From a virus, in the IMG/VR virus record IMGVR_UViG_3300033752_000289: a stretch of 64,000 bases of DNA, one strand, 5' to 3'. The notes beneath the pieces are model-generated. The model was given only the letters and a program-made list of their open reading frames with translations. It was not told the DNA's origin and made no database searches. Shown here one piece after another: positions 53,051 to 60,679 of this stretch. The position numbers and the translations under genes are program-made. The first letter of the stretch is position 1. Every line of letters starts with the position of its first letter.

Positions 53051-53069
53051 TGCGGGCGAGCGACCCGCA
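53051..53069 (+). promoter_or_regulatory. PH element copy
   Basis: TGgTATCAT at 53035-53043. ATG at 53084. Confidence 0.75.
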
Positions 53070-53083
53070 TGGAGGGAGCGAAG

Positions 53084-53296
53084 ATGTCCCAGCAGGTGAG
53101 CCGCGCCGAGATCAAGGCCATGTGGGAGCTGGCCGACCAGCGGTCCGGTCGCGCCGGGATGGTCCAGTGCCCCGGGTGCCCGGAGGGCTACCTGGTCCCG
53201 GACACCCCCGAGACCGAGGGCTACTGCTCACGGCACCGGGAGCCCATCGGTCGGCTGGACGGCATCGGCCCGATCGGCGACGACCATTACCCGTGA
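53084..53296 (+). CDS. hypothetical small protein
   Basis: ATG 14 nt after the PH hairpin. Confidence 0.55.
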   Translation: MSQQVSRAEIKAMWELADQRSGRAGMVQCPGCPEGYLVPDTPETEGYCSRHREPIGRLDGIGPIGDDHYP

Positions 53297-53529
53297 CATC
53301 ACCACCGGGGCGGCCACCCGGCGCCCAGAGCGAGACCGGATACTGCGGCATCCCCGACGGCGGTCGGCCGGGGCCGTGCCCTTGGTGCGGAGCGCCGCAG
53401 CATATCGACCGATGCCCGCAGTACAGCATCCGACGCGCGTATGACGCGCTTCGGCGTACCTCGACCCTCACTCCGCCGGTTGCGGCCCGCACAGGGGTTG
53501 CGCCGCGCAACTCCGTTGCGCTATGCTGA
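53293..53529 (+). CDS. small Cys-rich protein
   Basis: GTGA overlap. Tail of ORF 53050..53529 (GYCGIPDGGRPGPCPWCGAPQHIDRCPQY). Confidence 0.45.
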   Translation: MTSPPGRPPGAQSETGYCGIPDGGRPGPCPWCGAPQHIDRCPQYSIRRAYDALRRTSTLTPPVAARTGVAPRNSVALC

Positions 53530-53540
53530 CTCATGTCAGC
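53497..53540. promoter_or_regulatory. operator-like cluster: GTTGCGCcGCGCAAC + GTTGCGC + GCTGACtcatGTCAGC around a TATGCT box
   Basis: Read directly. Lies upstream of 53567 in place of a PH element. Confidence 0.4.
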
Positions 53541-53566
53541 GAGGAGCACAGAGAGAGGACAGCCCC

Positions 53567-53887
53567 ATGAACACCAGCCTCGACGAGATGATCGCCCACC
53601 ACCGCGCACTGATCGGCGAGTACGCCGCCGTCGTCAACGAGCTGCACGCCCTGGGCGCGGCCGACCCCTACACGCCCCGAGACACCCCGGCACACCCCGA
53701 CTACCTGGCCCTGGCCATCGGGGACCTGGAGGCAGAGATCCAGTACCTGCGGCGAGTCATCGCCACCCCGAACCTGCTCGCCGAGGCGCGGGCCGCGTAC
53801 GCCAACCGCCACCGCCCCCGCTGCCACTACTGCGGGCTGCCTACCCGTCGCGGTATCTGCGACGAGTGCGGCACCGAGCCCATGTGA
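53567..53887 (+). CDS. hypothetical protein with a C-terminal CxxC..CxxC motif
   Basis: In frame with ORF 53441..53887. GAGAGAGGA upstream. Confidence 0.55.
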   Translation: MNTSLDEMIAHHRALIGEYAAVVNELHALGAADPYTPRDTPAHPDYLALAIGDLEAEIQYLRRVIATPNLLAEARAAYANRHRPRCHYCGLPTRRGICDECGTEPM

Positions 53888-53965
53888 GACCTGCGACGAC
53901 GCCGGCCCGGAGCGCCCCACATCGCTCCGGGCCGGCCCCGCCAACACACCACAGGAGAGCCTCCC

Positions 53966-54469
53966 ATGACCACCACCACCACCATCGACGTCGCTGACCT
54001 GACCGTCGACCAGCTACGCGACGGGCTGACCGCCGCGATCCGGGCAACACCCATCGGCCACCGCACCACCTACCAGCACGGCCCCGTCACCATCGAGGTC
54101 TACGGCGCCAGCCGCGCCGCCACCGACCTGCCGGACGCCACCGCCGAGGTCACCGTCTACACCCCGGACGGCCGCTACGAGCGCCGCCTCGGCGACGGCC
54201 TGACGTGGGACGCGCTGCACGCCCTCGTGCAGGAGATGGCCGCCGAGTGGACCGCGGCCGTAGAGACGGAGCTGCACGAGCTACGGCGCCGGCACCGCGC
54301 CCTCGTGCAGGCCGAGGCTCGAGTCGAGCAGCTGCGCGCGGCCCGGGACGAGGTGGTGGTCCGCGCGGCCCGGCTGGGGGTGCTGCCGGCGCACATCGCC
54401 GCCGCGCTGCCGGGAGTACACAGATCCACTGTCGGGCGGATCCTGGACCGCGTCGGCCTCGGGGACTAA
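53966..54469 (+). CDS. hypothetical protein with a C-terminal HTH
   Basis: ...AALPGVHRSTVGRILDRVG. Confidence 0.55.
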   Translation: MTTTTTIDVADLTVDQLRDGLTAAIRATPIGHRTTYQHGPVTIEVYGASRAATDLPDATAEVTVYTPDGRYERRLGDGLTWDALHALVQEMAAEWTAAVETELHELRRRHRALVQAEARVEQLRAARDEVVVRAARLGVLPAHIAAALPGVHRSTVGRILDRVGLGD

Positions 54470-54606
54470 CAGACTGCACGTGCGCCCCGCCCATCACTGT
54501 CCTGACGCTCACGGTCCCGCCCAGCCGTGTCTGGGCGGGTGCCGTGGCCGCCAGGGCCACCCCCGCGCCGCAGGGGAACTGCGGCACGAGTCGGAGGGAG
54601 ACCGAC

Positions 54607-55008
54607 ATGGACGCCTACCGGCGGGCGGCACGGCAGTGGCGCGAGGACCAGGAGCGCGCGACCGAGGAGCCCGTGGTGGAGGGCATCGACGAGGCGACGC
54701 TCAAGAAGCTCTGGGACAGGAACGTCCGGCTGTTCCTCGACCTGTCCACCGACCACCTGCCGCGCGACCCGGACGACCCAGATGAGCGGGTCAACCCGAA
54801 CTCGTTCGACGGGGTGACCGCGTACCGGCTCCGCTACGGCTGGCTGATGTGGGTGCCGGACGACCCGGACGAATCGGCCGCGGTCATGGACGAGGAGGTG
54901 CCGCCGGAGATCCTCACCATCCAGCGGTACGCGCGCAGGCTAGGCTGCGACTACGTGCTGTTCGACGATGAGGCCCGGCAAGTCGACGATCTGCCGATCT
55001 TCGCCTAG
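54607..55008 (+). CDS. hypothetical acidic protein
   Basis: GGAGGGAG upstream. In frame with ORF 54205..55008. Confidence 0.55.
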   Translation: MDAYRRAARQWREDQERATEEPVVEGIDEATLKKLWDRNVRLFLDLSTDHLPRDPDDPDERVNPNSFDGVTAYRLRYGWLMWVPDDPDESAAVMDEEVPPEILTIQRYARRLGCDYVLFDDEARQVDDLPIFA

Positions 55009-55020
55009 TGGCGACGCTGT

Positions 55021-55050
55021 GGCCCCCGCCTGTTTCCGCAGGTGGGGGCC
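55021..55050 (+). terminator. hairpin terminator followed by TATTTCTGT
   Basis: ggcccccgcc-N10-ggtgggggcc, with one G.U pair. Confidence 0.6.
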
Positions 55051-55085
55051 TATTTCTGTCGTACCCCTGGCGTACCTTATCTGTG

Positions 55086-55104
55086 TGCGGGCGAGCGACC
55101 CGCA
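55086..55104 (+). promoter_or_regulatory. PH element copy
   Basis: TACCTT at 55073-55078. ATG at 55124. Confidence 0.7.
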
Positions 55105-55123
55105 TAGGAAGGATCAGGTACCC

Positions 55124-55711
55124 ATGTCCACTAGGGGCTTCCTCGGCTTCGTCATCGACGGCGCCGAGAAGATCACCTACAACCACATGGACTCCTACCC
55201 GAGCTGGCTCGGGCTGCGAGTCCTCGAGTGGGCACGCCAGGCCCACCCGGGCGAGACGATCAACGCTGCCCGGGCGCTGCGGGTGGTCGACCAGGACGCC
55301 GTACCGACTGACGAGGACGTGGAGCGGCTGCGCCGCTACCTCAACGAGAACGTCGATACGACGGTCACCATCGGCGGCGCGAGGCGGACCTGGCCGAGCT
55401 GGTACCAGCTGCTACGGGGGACGCAGGGTGACCCTGCCGCGATCCTCGAGGCCGGCGTGATCATCGACGCCTCGGACTTCCCGAGCTACTCGCTAGACGC
55501 GGAGTGGGGGTACCTCATCGACATCGACACAGGGACGCTCGAGGTCTACCGCGGCTGGCAAAGCAAGCCACACAACCGAGGCCGGTTCGCCGGCCGTAGC
55601 TCCGCGGGGCGCGGGTACTACCCGTGCGCCCTGGTGGCCTCGTGGCCTCTGCTGAACCTGCCGAGCGACGAGGCGTTCCTCGCCACCCTGGCGGAGTTCG
55701 GAGAGGTCTGA
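55124..55711 (+). CDS. hypothetical protein
   Basis: ATG 19 nt after the PH hairpin. Confidence 0.6.
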   Translation: MSTRGFLGFVIDGAEKITYNHMDSYPSWLGLRVLEWARQAHPGETINAARALRVVDQDAVPTDEDVERLRRYLNENVDTTVTIGGARRTWPSWYQLLRGTQGDPAAILEAGVIIDASDFPSYSLDAEWGYLIDIDTGTLEVYRGWQSKPHNRGRFAGRSSAGRGYYPCALVASWPLLNLPSDEAFLATLAEFGEV

Positions 55712-55722
55712 CCCAGTTTTTG

Positions 55723-55755
55723 GGGTGAGGCGCCGGAGGGACCGGCGCCTCACCC
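55723..55755 (+). terminator. hairpin terminator, 14-bp stem
   Basis: gggtgaggcgccgg aggga ccggcgcctcaccc. Confidence 0.6.
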
Positions 55756-55784
55756 GGTTCCTGCCGTGTACCATGGTTGCTGTG

Positions 55785-55803
55785 TCCGGGTGAGCGACCC
55801 GTA
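55785..55803 (+). promoter_or_regulatory. PH element, variant copy
   Basis: tccgggtgagcgacccgta. TACCAT at 55769-55774. ATG at 55816. Confidence 0.6.
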
Positions 55804-55815
55804 TAGGGAGGATCA

Positions 55816-56085
55816 ATGCCGGAAGAGCGTGTCAGCTACTTCAAGGCCCGCGACTGGGCCTCGGACAAGAAGGACAACTGGGACGGCACTCCTGATCCCG
55901 AGGGGCCGTTGAAGGCCATCTGGGACGAGGTGCGGTCGGATTACCCCGACCTGACGGGTGAGGAGCTGCTTGGACGGTTCCTCAACGATGTGTGGGATGT
56001 AGCTTCCGACGCTGATTGGGACGACCTCGAGTCCATCTGCGACGAAAATTGCGACATCCTCCCGGACGACACCTACCACCTGTGA
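55816..56085 (+). CDS. hypothetical acidic protein
   Basis: ATG 12 nt after the PH hairpin, with SD GGGAGGA. Confidence 0.55.
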   Translation: MPEERVSYFKARDWASDKKDNWDGTPDPEGPLKAIWDEVRSDYPDLTGEELLGRFLNDVWDVASDADWDDLESICDENCDILPDDTYHL

Positions 56086-56129
56086 CGGGTTGCGCGAGCG
56101 CAGGCCAGCCACTAGGGTAGGTTTGTGTG

Positions 56130-56150
56130 TGCGGGCGAGCGACCCGTGCA
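56130..56150 (+). promoter_or_regulatory. PH element, variant copy
   Basis: tgcgggcgagcgacccgtgca. TAGGGT at 56113-56118. ATG at 56166. Confidence 0.6.
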
Positions 56151-56165
56151 GAAACGGAGGATGAG

Positions 56166-56492
56166 ATGGTTCCGCTGCTGAACACGTCGATCGTCACGGC
56201 CCCCGGCGACTACCGCGTCGAGGACATCACGGTCGACCAAGCCCGGCAGCTGGTGGAGGCGGCCGGCGGGAAGGTCCGCTCCTTCGTCGGGCATCCCGAG
56301 ACGGCGCAGATGCTCAGCACGCTGCTGGGAGTCGAGGTCCCGACCAGCCGGGACCGGTACGAGCAGCAGGCAGGGGAGACGGCCATCGTCTTCCAAATCA
56401 ACGGCCGCCGCCCCGAGCCCGGCGTCGAACTCACAGCCGAGCAGATCCAGGAGATCGGCTTCACGCTGCGTTCGATGACGCGGCTGTCGTAG
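56166..56492 (+). CDS. DUF1874 (STIV B116-like) protein
   Basis: LLNTSIVTAPGDYRVEDIT..A..L....KVRSFVGHPETAQMLSTLLGVEV matches the B116-like pattern from memory. Confidence 0.55.
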   Translation: MVPLLNTSIVTAPGDYRVEDITVDQARQLVEAAGGKVRSFVGHPETAQMLSTLLGVEVPTSRDRYEQQAGETAIVFQINGRRPEPGVELTAEQIQEIGFTLRSMTRLS

Positions 56493-56605
56493 CCGGACGC
56501 ACAACGACGGCCCCTCGGAACCTCGATCCGAGGGGCCGTGACCCCGGGTTGCGGCCGGCCGGTGTCGACGGTCACCGTCCGGGAGACTGGCTGATCGGAC
56601 CGCGC

Positions 56606-56639
56606 TGTGGGGCGTAGGGCGACTGTCCTACGCCCCACA
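56606..56639 (+). terminator. hairpin terminator, 13-bp stem
   Basis: tgtggggcgtagg-N8-cctacgccccaca, then TGCGTTTGG. Confidence 0.6.
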
Positions 56640-56675
56640 TGCGTTTGGCGTCGTGGTCATGGTAGACTCTGTGTG

Positions 56676-56694
56676 TGTGGGTGAGCGACCCGCA
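56676..56694 (+). promoter_or_regulatory. PH element copy
   Basis: tgtgggtgagcgacccgca. The stem needs one U.G pair. TGgTAGACT at 56660-56668. GTG at 56712. Confidence 0.7.
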
Positions 56695-56711
56695 GATGGG
56701 AGGTTTCCACA

Positions 56712-56945
56712 GTGGCAACCATCGCCGGTTTGGACGACAGCGGCGACCCGCAAGTCTGTCTGGGGCTCCTGATCGAGACGGAAGAGCTCGAGCGGTGGGC
56801 CGGCCGCAAGCTGACTGGCGCCGAAATCGAGCGGCTCGCGGCATGCGTCCCGTTCTCGAGCATCCCGGAGGCGATCCAGACGATCGTCGACAGCTGGGAG
56901 GAACCGCAGCACCACGTCGAGATTGCGGCATCGAGAGTCCTGTAA
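56712..56945 (+). CDS. hypothetical protein
   Basis: GTG 17 nt after the PH hairpin. Confidence 0.5.
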   Translation: MATIAGLDDSGDPQVCLGLLIETEELERWAGRKLTGAEIERLAACVPFSSIPEAIQTIVDSWEEPQHHVEIAASRVL

Positions 56946-56994
56946 GCCCGCGGGGTGCCACCCCTGCCCCGCCCGACGGCCGGAAGGAGGCGCC

Positions 56995-57240
56995 ATGCCT
57001 ATCGTCGTCATCAGCCGCACGTACCTCGCGAACGGCCACCCCGGAGAGATCCGCGAGGCGACCGGGCAGGAGGAGTGGGAGGCGCTGCTCAACCGGCTCC
57101 GCGACCGGGGACTCACCCCGGAGCCGTTCCGGACCGAGGACGGCACCGACGGCGTGACCGTGGAGTGCCCGGGCCTCCTCGACGCCCGCGACGTCCACGG
57201 CATCGCGTGCGCCTACCGCGCCCTGCCGGTCATCAGTTAG
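56995..57240 (+). CDS. hypothetical protein
   Basis: GGAAGGAGG upstream. In frame with ORF 56923..57240. Confidence 0.5.
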   Translation: MPIVVISRTYLANGHPGEIREATGQEEWEALLNRLRDRGLTPEPFRTEDGTDGVTVECPGLLDARDVHGIACAYRALPVIS

Positions 57241-57296
57241 GCCGCCGGGTGGGGGGTCTTGGCGTCTCGGGACGCTAACTCACAGGGCAGCGCAGC

Positions 57297-57803
57297 ATGG
57301 CGCGCATGACAGCGCTGTACGACGCAGCCGGCCAGCGGCTCACCAAGAGCCAGGCGCAGGCTCTCACCACCCCTGTTCCCGACCCCCAGCTGGTCACGGT
57401 CGAGGAGGACATCTACGCCGACCGGCCGTACGACCAGACGGCCGGCCGCGGCGCCACCGACCAGTCGGTCGACGGCTCGATTCGCCAGCTGCTGTACCCG
57501 AAGGGGGCGGTCATCCCGGCGGCCGAGCTTGCCGCCCACTTCCCGACGGCGACCGTCACCGACATCGACCCGGACACGGGCCCGGAGGAGGGCGGCACCG
57601 AGGTGACGATCACCGGCACCAACCTGTCGGGCGTCTCTGCGGTGCTGTTCGGCGCGAACGCGGGCACCGACCTCAAGATCGTGTCGCAGACCGAGATCAC
57701 GGTGAAGACCCCGGCTGGCAGCGCCGGCGCGGTGAACGTCACCGTCAAGGACGACTCCGGCGACGTCGTGAAAACCAACGGCTTCACCTACGTCGGCGGC
57801 TGA
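57297..57803 (+). CDS. IPT/TIG-domain protein
   Basis: VTDIDPDTGPEEGGTEVTITGTNLSGVSAVLFG....VSQTEITVKTPAG.AGAVNVTV. Confidence 0.6.
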   Translation: MARMTALYDAAGQRLTKSQAQALTTPVPDPQLVTVEEDIYADRPYDQTAGRGATDQSVDGSIRQLLYPKGAVIPAAELAAHFPTATVTDIDPDTGPEEGGTEVTITGTNLSGVSAVLFGANAGTDLKIVSQTEITVKTPAGSAGAVNVTVKDDSGDVVKTNGFTYVGG

Positions 57804-57921
57804 TTCGCCCGACCTACCCTGTTCGCCCAGCGGCCCGGGACCGTCCGGGCCGCCCGTCTTTCCGGACCTGCGCGGAGCACCGCGAGACGCTAACTGGTCG
57901 GCCGGTGCAGGGTGCCGGACC

Positions 57922-58959
57922 ATGACGTACGCACCGCAGACGTACAAGGACGCCCGAGCATTTCTGCTGCACGAGCTCGACACCCACCCCGGCGTGACCG
58001 TCAACGACGACCTCGACCCGCTCGAGGTCGGCATCGTCGGCGACGAGGCCCACATTCGGGCCGGCACCAGCTACCACCTCGGGCTCGTGCACCTCAAGCC
58101 GAACGCCTACTCGCTGCGGCTCCCGCGGGACCGGGCCGGCGCCACGAACGGCGCCGCCGCGCTCGATATCGGCTGGTTCAGCAAGACGCTGCCGAACGGC
58201 CGGACCATCAACCTGCGCACCCTGTCGACGTGGCTGGTCCAGCAGTGCCAGGCCGGCGCCTCGGACACCCTGTGGATTCGGGAGATCGGCTACAGCCCCG
58301 ACGGCAACGTGGTGCTGCACTGGGACCGCGAGCGTGGCCGCACCAGCGCCCCGGTCGCCGGTGTGTTCGACCTCTCGCACCGGTGGCACACCCACATCTC
58401 GGGCTACCGCGACTGCGAGACCGTCGACAAGACGTCCCTGTTCCGCCGCGCCCTCAAGGAACTGTCCGAGGGTCTGTGGACCCCGACCCCGCCCAAGCCG
58501 AGCGCCTGGGTGCCCACCCTGCACCAGGGGCTGCCGACGCTGAAGCGGCGCGACTCCGGCACCTTCGTCCGGTCGGCCCAGGCCGCCCTCTACGCCCACG
58601 GGTTCCCGCCGTTCCCGAACGACCCGCGGCGCAGCATCGATGGGGACTTTGGCCCCAAGACCGAGGCGGCCGTCCGCAACTTCCAGGCCGCCCGCGGGCT
58701 CAAGGTGGACGGCATCATCGGCACCGGGGAGACCTGGCCGGCCCTGTTCAGCGCCGCCGGCACCGTCGCCCGCGGCAACCGCGGCACCGCCGTCAGCATC
58801 GCCCAGGCGCTGCTGTGCGCCCGCGGCCAGTGGATTCTGATCGACGGCATCGCCGGTCGGCAGACCGACGAGGCGATCAGGTCCTTCCAGCGGGCCCGCG
58901 GCCTCAAGGTCGACGGCATCGCCGGCCCGGCGACCTGGCCAAGGCTGATCCGCGGCTGA
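57922..58959 (+). CDS. endolysin: N-terminal putative peptidase domain plus three PG_binding_1-type repeats
   Basis: Three copies of the D/G-FGP/I.G..T..A.R.FQ.ARGLKVDGI.G..TW..L pattern. Confidence 0.75.
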   Translation: MTYAPQTYKDARAFLLHELDTHPGVTVNDDLDPLEVGIVGDEAHIRAGTSYHLGLVHLKPNAYSLRLPRDRAGATNGAAALDIGWFSKTLPNGRTINLRTLSTWLVQQCQAGASDTLWIREIGYSPDGNVVLHWDRERGRTSAPVAGVFDLSHRWHTHISGYRDCETVDKTSLFRRALKELSEGLWTPTPPKPSAWVPTLHQGLPTLKRRDSGTFVRSAQAALYAHGFPPFPNDPRRSIDGDFGPKTEAAVRNFQAARGLKVDGIIGTGETWPALFSAAGTVARGNRGTAVSIAQALLCARGQWILIDGIAGRQTDEAIRSFQRARGLKVDGIAGPATWPRLIRG

Positions 58960-58965
58960 CCCGCC

Positions 58966-59253
58966 ATGGCTGCCCCGGACCTCCCCCAGGTTGGCGACGA
59001 AGTGCTGGTGGCCGGCCGGATCGTCGACATCCTCGACACCGGCCGGCAAACCTTCGCCGTCGTCTCGGTCCCCGGCGCCCGACCCCACCTCGGCCACATC
59101 GCGGTGCCGCTGCACGACGTCCAGACCCGCCCCGGCGGCTGGACCCCACCCGATCTTGAGACAAAGCACAGCCCTGGCATTTCGTCGGGGTCGTGCATAG
59201 AATTGACTAGGGATCGGGTGAGCGACCCGACCACAACGGAAGGACCTCGCTGA
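58966..59253 (+). CDS. hypothetical protein (the 3' end contains a PH element)
   Basis: 95-aa ORF. Its stop overlaps the next ATG (TGATG). Confidence 0.45.
   Translation: MAAPDLPQVGDEVLVAGRIVDILDTGRQTFAVVSVPGARPHLGHIAVPLHDVQTRPGGWTPPDLETKHSPGISSGSCIELTRDRVSDPTTTEGPR
59214..59230 (+). promoter_or_regulatory. PH element copy inside the 3' end of the upstream ORF
   Basis: tcgggtgagcgacccga, a compensated stem. TAGAAT at 59198-59203. ATG at 59253. Confidence 0.6.
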
Positions 59254-59621
59254 TGTCTCGTTCTCGTCGTGGGCGGCGTCGCCGCCGCATCCCTGTTCTG
59301 ACCGTCTCGGCCGGAGCATCCCGTCCTGGGGGCCTCCCCGTCGCCAACCTGCCAGAGAGCGTTGGCGGTGGGAGAGCCCAGGGGGACGCCCCGGCCGGGA
59401 CGGTTCTCGCTTCTCGGATGGCTACCCGGGACCGGCGGCACCAGTACGCCTGGCACATCGTTGGCCCCGACCACACCGCGGCCTGCGACAACAGGCTGCG
59501 GCTCAGCACCACCTACGACCGGCCGGCCACGCAGACCATGCCCCGGCTCCGGTGCCGGCGCCGGCCGTGCGCGGCCGCTTTCGCTGCGGCGCTCGAGGCA
59601 CCGGAGGCGGCAGCCGCATGA
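59253..59621 (+). CDS. hypothetical basic protein
   Basis: ATG 22 nt after the PH hairpin, with SD GGAAGGA. Confidence 0.45.
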   Translation: MSRSRRGRRRRRIPVLTVSAGASRPGGLPVANLPESVGGGRAQGDAPAGTVLASRMATRDRRHQYAWHIVGPDHTAACDNRLRLSTTYDRPATQTMPRLRCRRRPCAAAFAAALEAPEAAAA

Positions 59622-60106
59622 GCAAGTTGGTCACCGACAAGCAGCGCGCCGTGCTCGCCGCCGGTGTCGCGTGGCTGTACGACACCGTTCAGCCCGCCCA
59701 CGCGATCCTGCAACACCACGGGATCACGCAGCGGGCCGGCCACAACCGCCTCCTCGGGTTCTGCCCGGTCGGCTACAGGGGGCACCCCGTCGTCACCGTG
59801 GCGGACACCGAGGCCGACATCCACGACGACCGGCCAACGGACGAGGAAGCCGACGAGTGGGTTGCCCTGCTCGCTGACCTCGGTCACCCCGTTGTTGACC
59901 GGTGGCGCGGCGGACCTACCCCGACTGTCTGCCTCAGCCTTAAGGACCGCGCGCACTCGTCGTTGCGCGCGATCGTCGCGGCCTACCTGCGCGGCTGCCC
60001 CGACCACACACACCCGCTGTGCGGTTGGACCGGCTGCCCGTGGCACCGGGACGGCCGCGCGGCAGTCGTCATGCCTGACTGGCCGAAGGCGAGGATCGAT
60101 GCTTGA
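59618..60106 (+). CDS. hypothetical protein
   Basis: ATGA overlap. In frame with ORF 59552..60106. Confidence 0.5.
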   Translation: MSKLVTDKQRAVLAAGVAWLYDTVQPAHAILQHHGITQRAGHNRLLGFCPVGYRGHPVVTVADTEADIHDDRPTDEEADEWVALLADLGHPVVDRWRGGPTPTVCLSLKDRAHSSLRAIVAAYLRGCPDHTHPLCGWTGCPWHRDGRAAVVMPDWPKARIDA

Positions 60107-60323
60107 TCGTAAGAAGTTCGCCCGCCTCGTCGGCAGGCTGACCACCCGTCTGCGTGCCGGCGGCGCGGTGCAGGCGTCGCCCGAGCCGGCCGGGTCGCTC
60201 GAGCGCGTCGACCGGCGTCCGGTGTTCGCCGCCGTCGGTGCGGCCGACCCAGGCGTCTGCTCCGGGTGCGGCCAGCCCATGCAGTTCGGCATCGCCCACT
60301 ACTGCCGGGGGTGGCGGCCATGA
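60099..60323 (+). CDS. small protein with a CxxC motif
   Basis: In frame with ORF 59664..60323, from MLDRKKFARL onward. Confidence 0.4.
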   Translation: MLDRKKFARLVGRLTTRLRAGGAVQASPEPAGSLERVDRRPVFAAVGAADPGVCSGCGQPMQFGIAHYCRGWRP

Positions 60324-60679
60324 GCGCCGTCGTGCTCGATTCGCCGCCAGCCGCGGATGCGCCGACGAGGACGTTGCCCACGGCTGCGCTGCACAAGCTC
60401 GGCCTGAGCGAGCGGAAGCTCGACTACTGGACTCGCATCGGCGTCCTGCGCCCGGCCGGGGACTCTCACCCCGGCCATGGACGAAGCCGTCAGTGGACGC
60501 CGGCGGAGGTCCAGGTCGCCCGGCTGGTGATCCAGCTGCGGCGGCTCGGGTTCGGTCTGCGGGCCGCAGCCCGACTCGCCCGCGACCCGGCCGCCCGTAG
60601 CGCGGTGGCCGCCGAGCTGCTCGCCATGCCAGCACACCCCGACGCCGCGGTGGTGGAGGCGGTGGCCGTCGATGCCTAA
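60320..60679 (+). CDS. MerR-family HTH protein
   Basis: LHKLGLSERKLDYWTRIGVLRP....RQWTPAEVQVARLVIQLR. Confidence 0.6.
   Translation: MSAVVLDSPPAADAPTRTLPTAALHKLGLSERKLDYWTRIGVLRPAGDSHPGHGRSRQWTPAEVQVARLVIQLRRLGFGLRAAARLARDPAARSAVAAELLAMPAHPDAAVVEAVAVDA

Noticed and set aside
41422-56694. Possible CRISPR array, because a short palindromic repeat recurs many times.
   Set aside because: The spacing is irregular (about 300-2000 bp). Every interval is a complete gene with its own RBS, the repeats are strand-locked to gene direction, and no cas genes are present.
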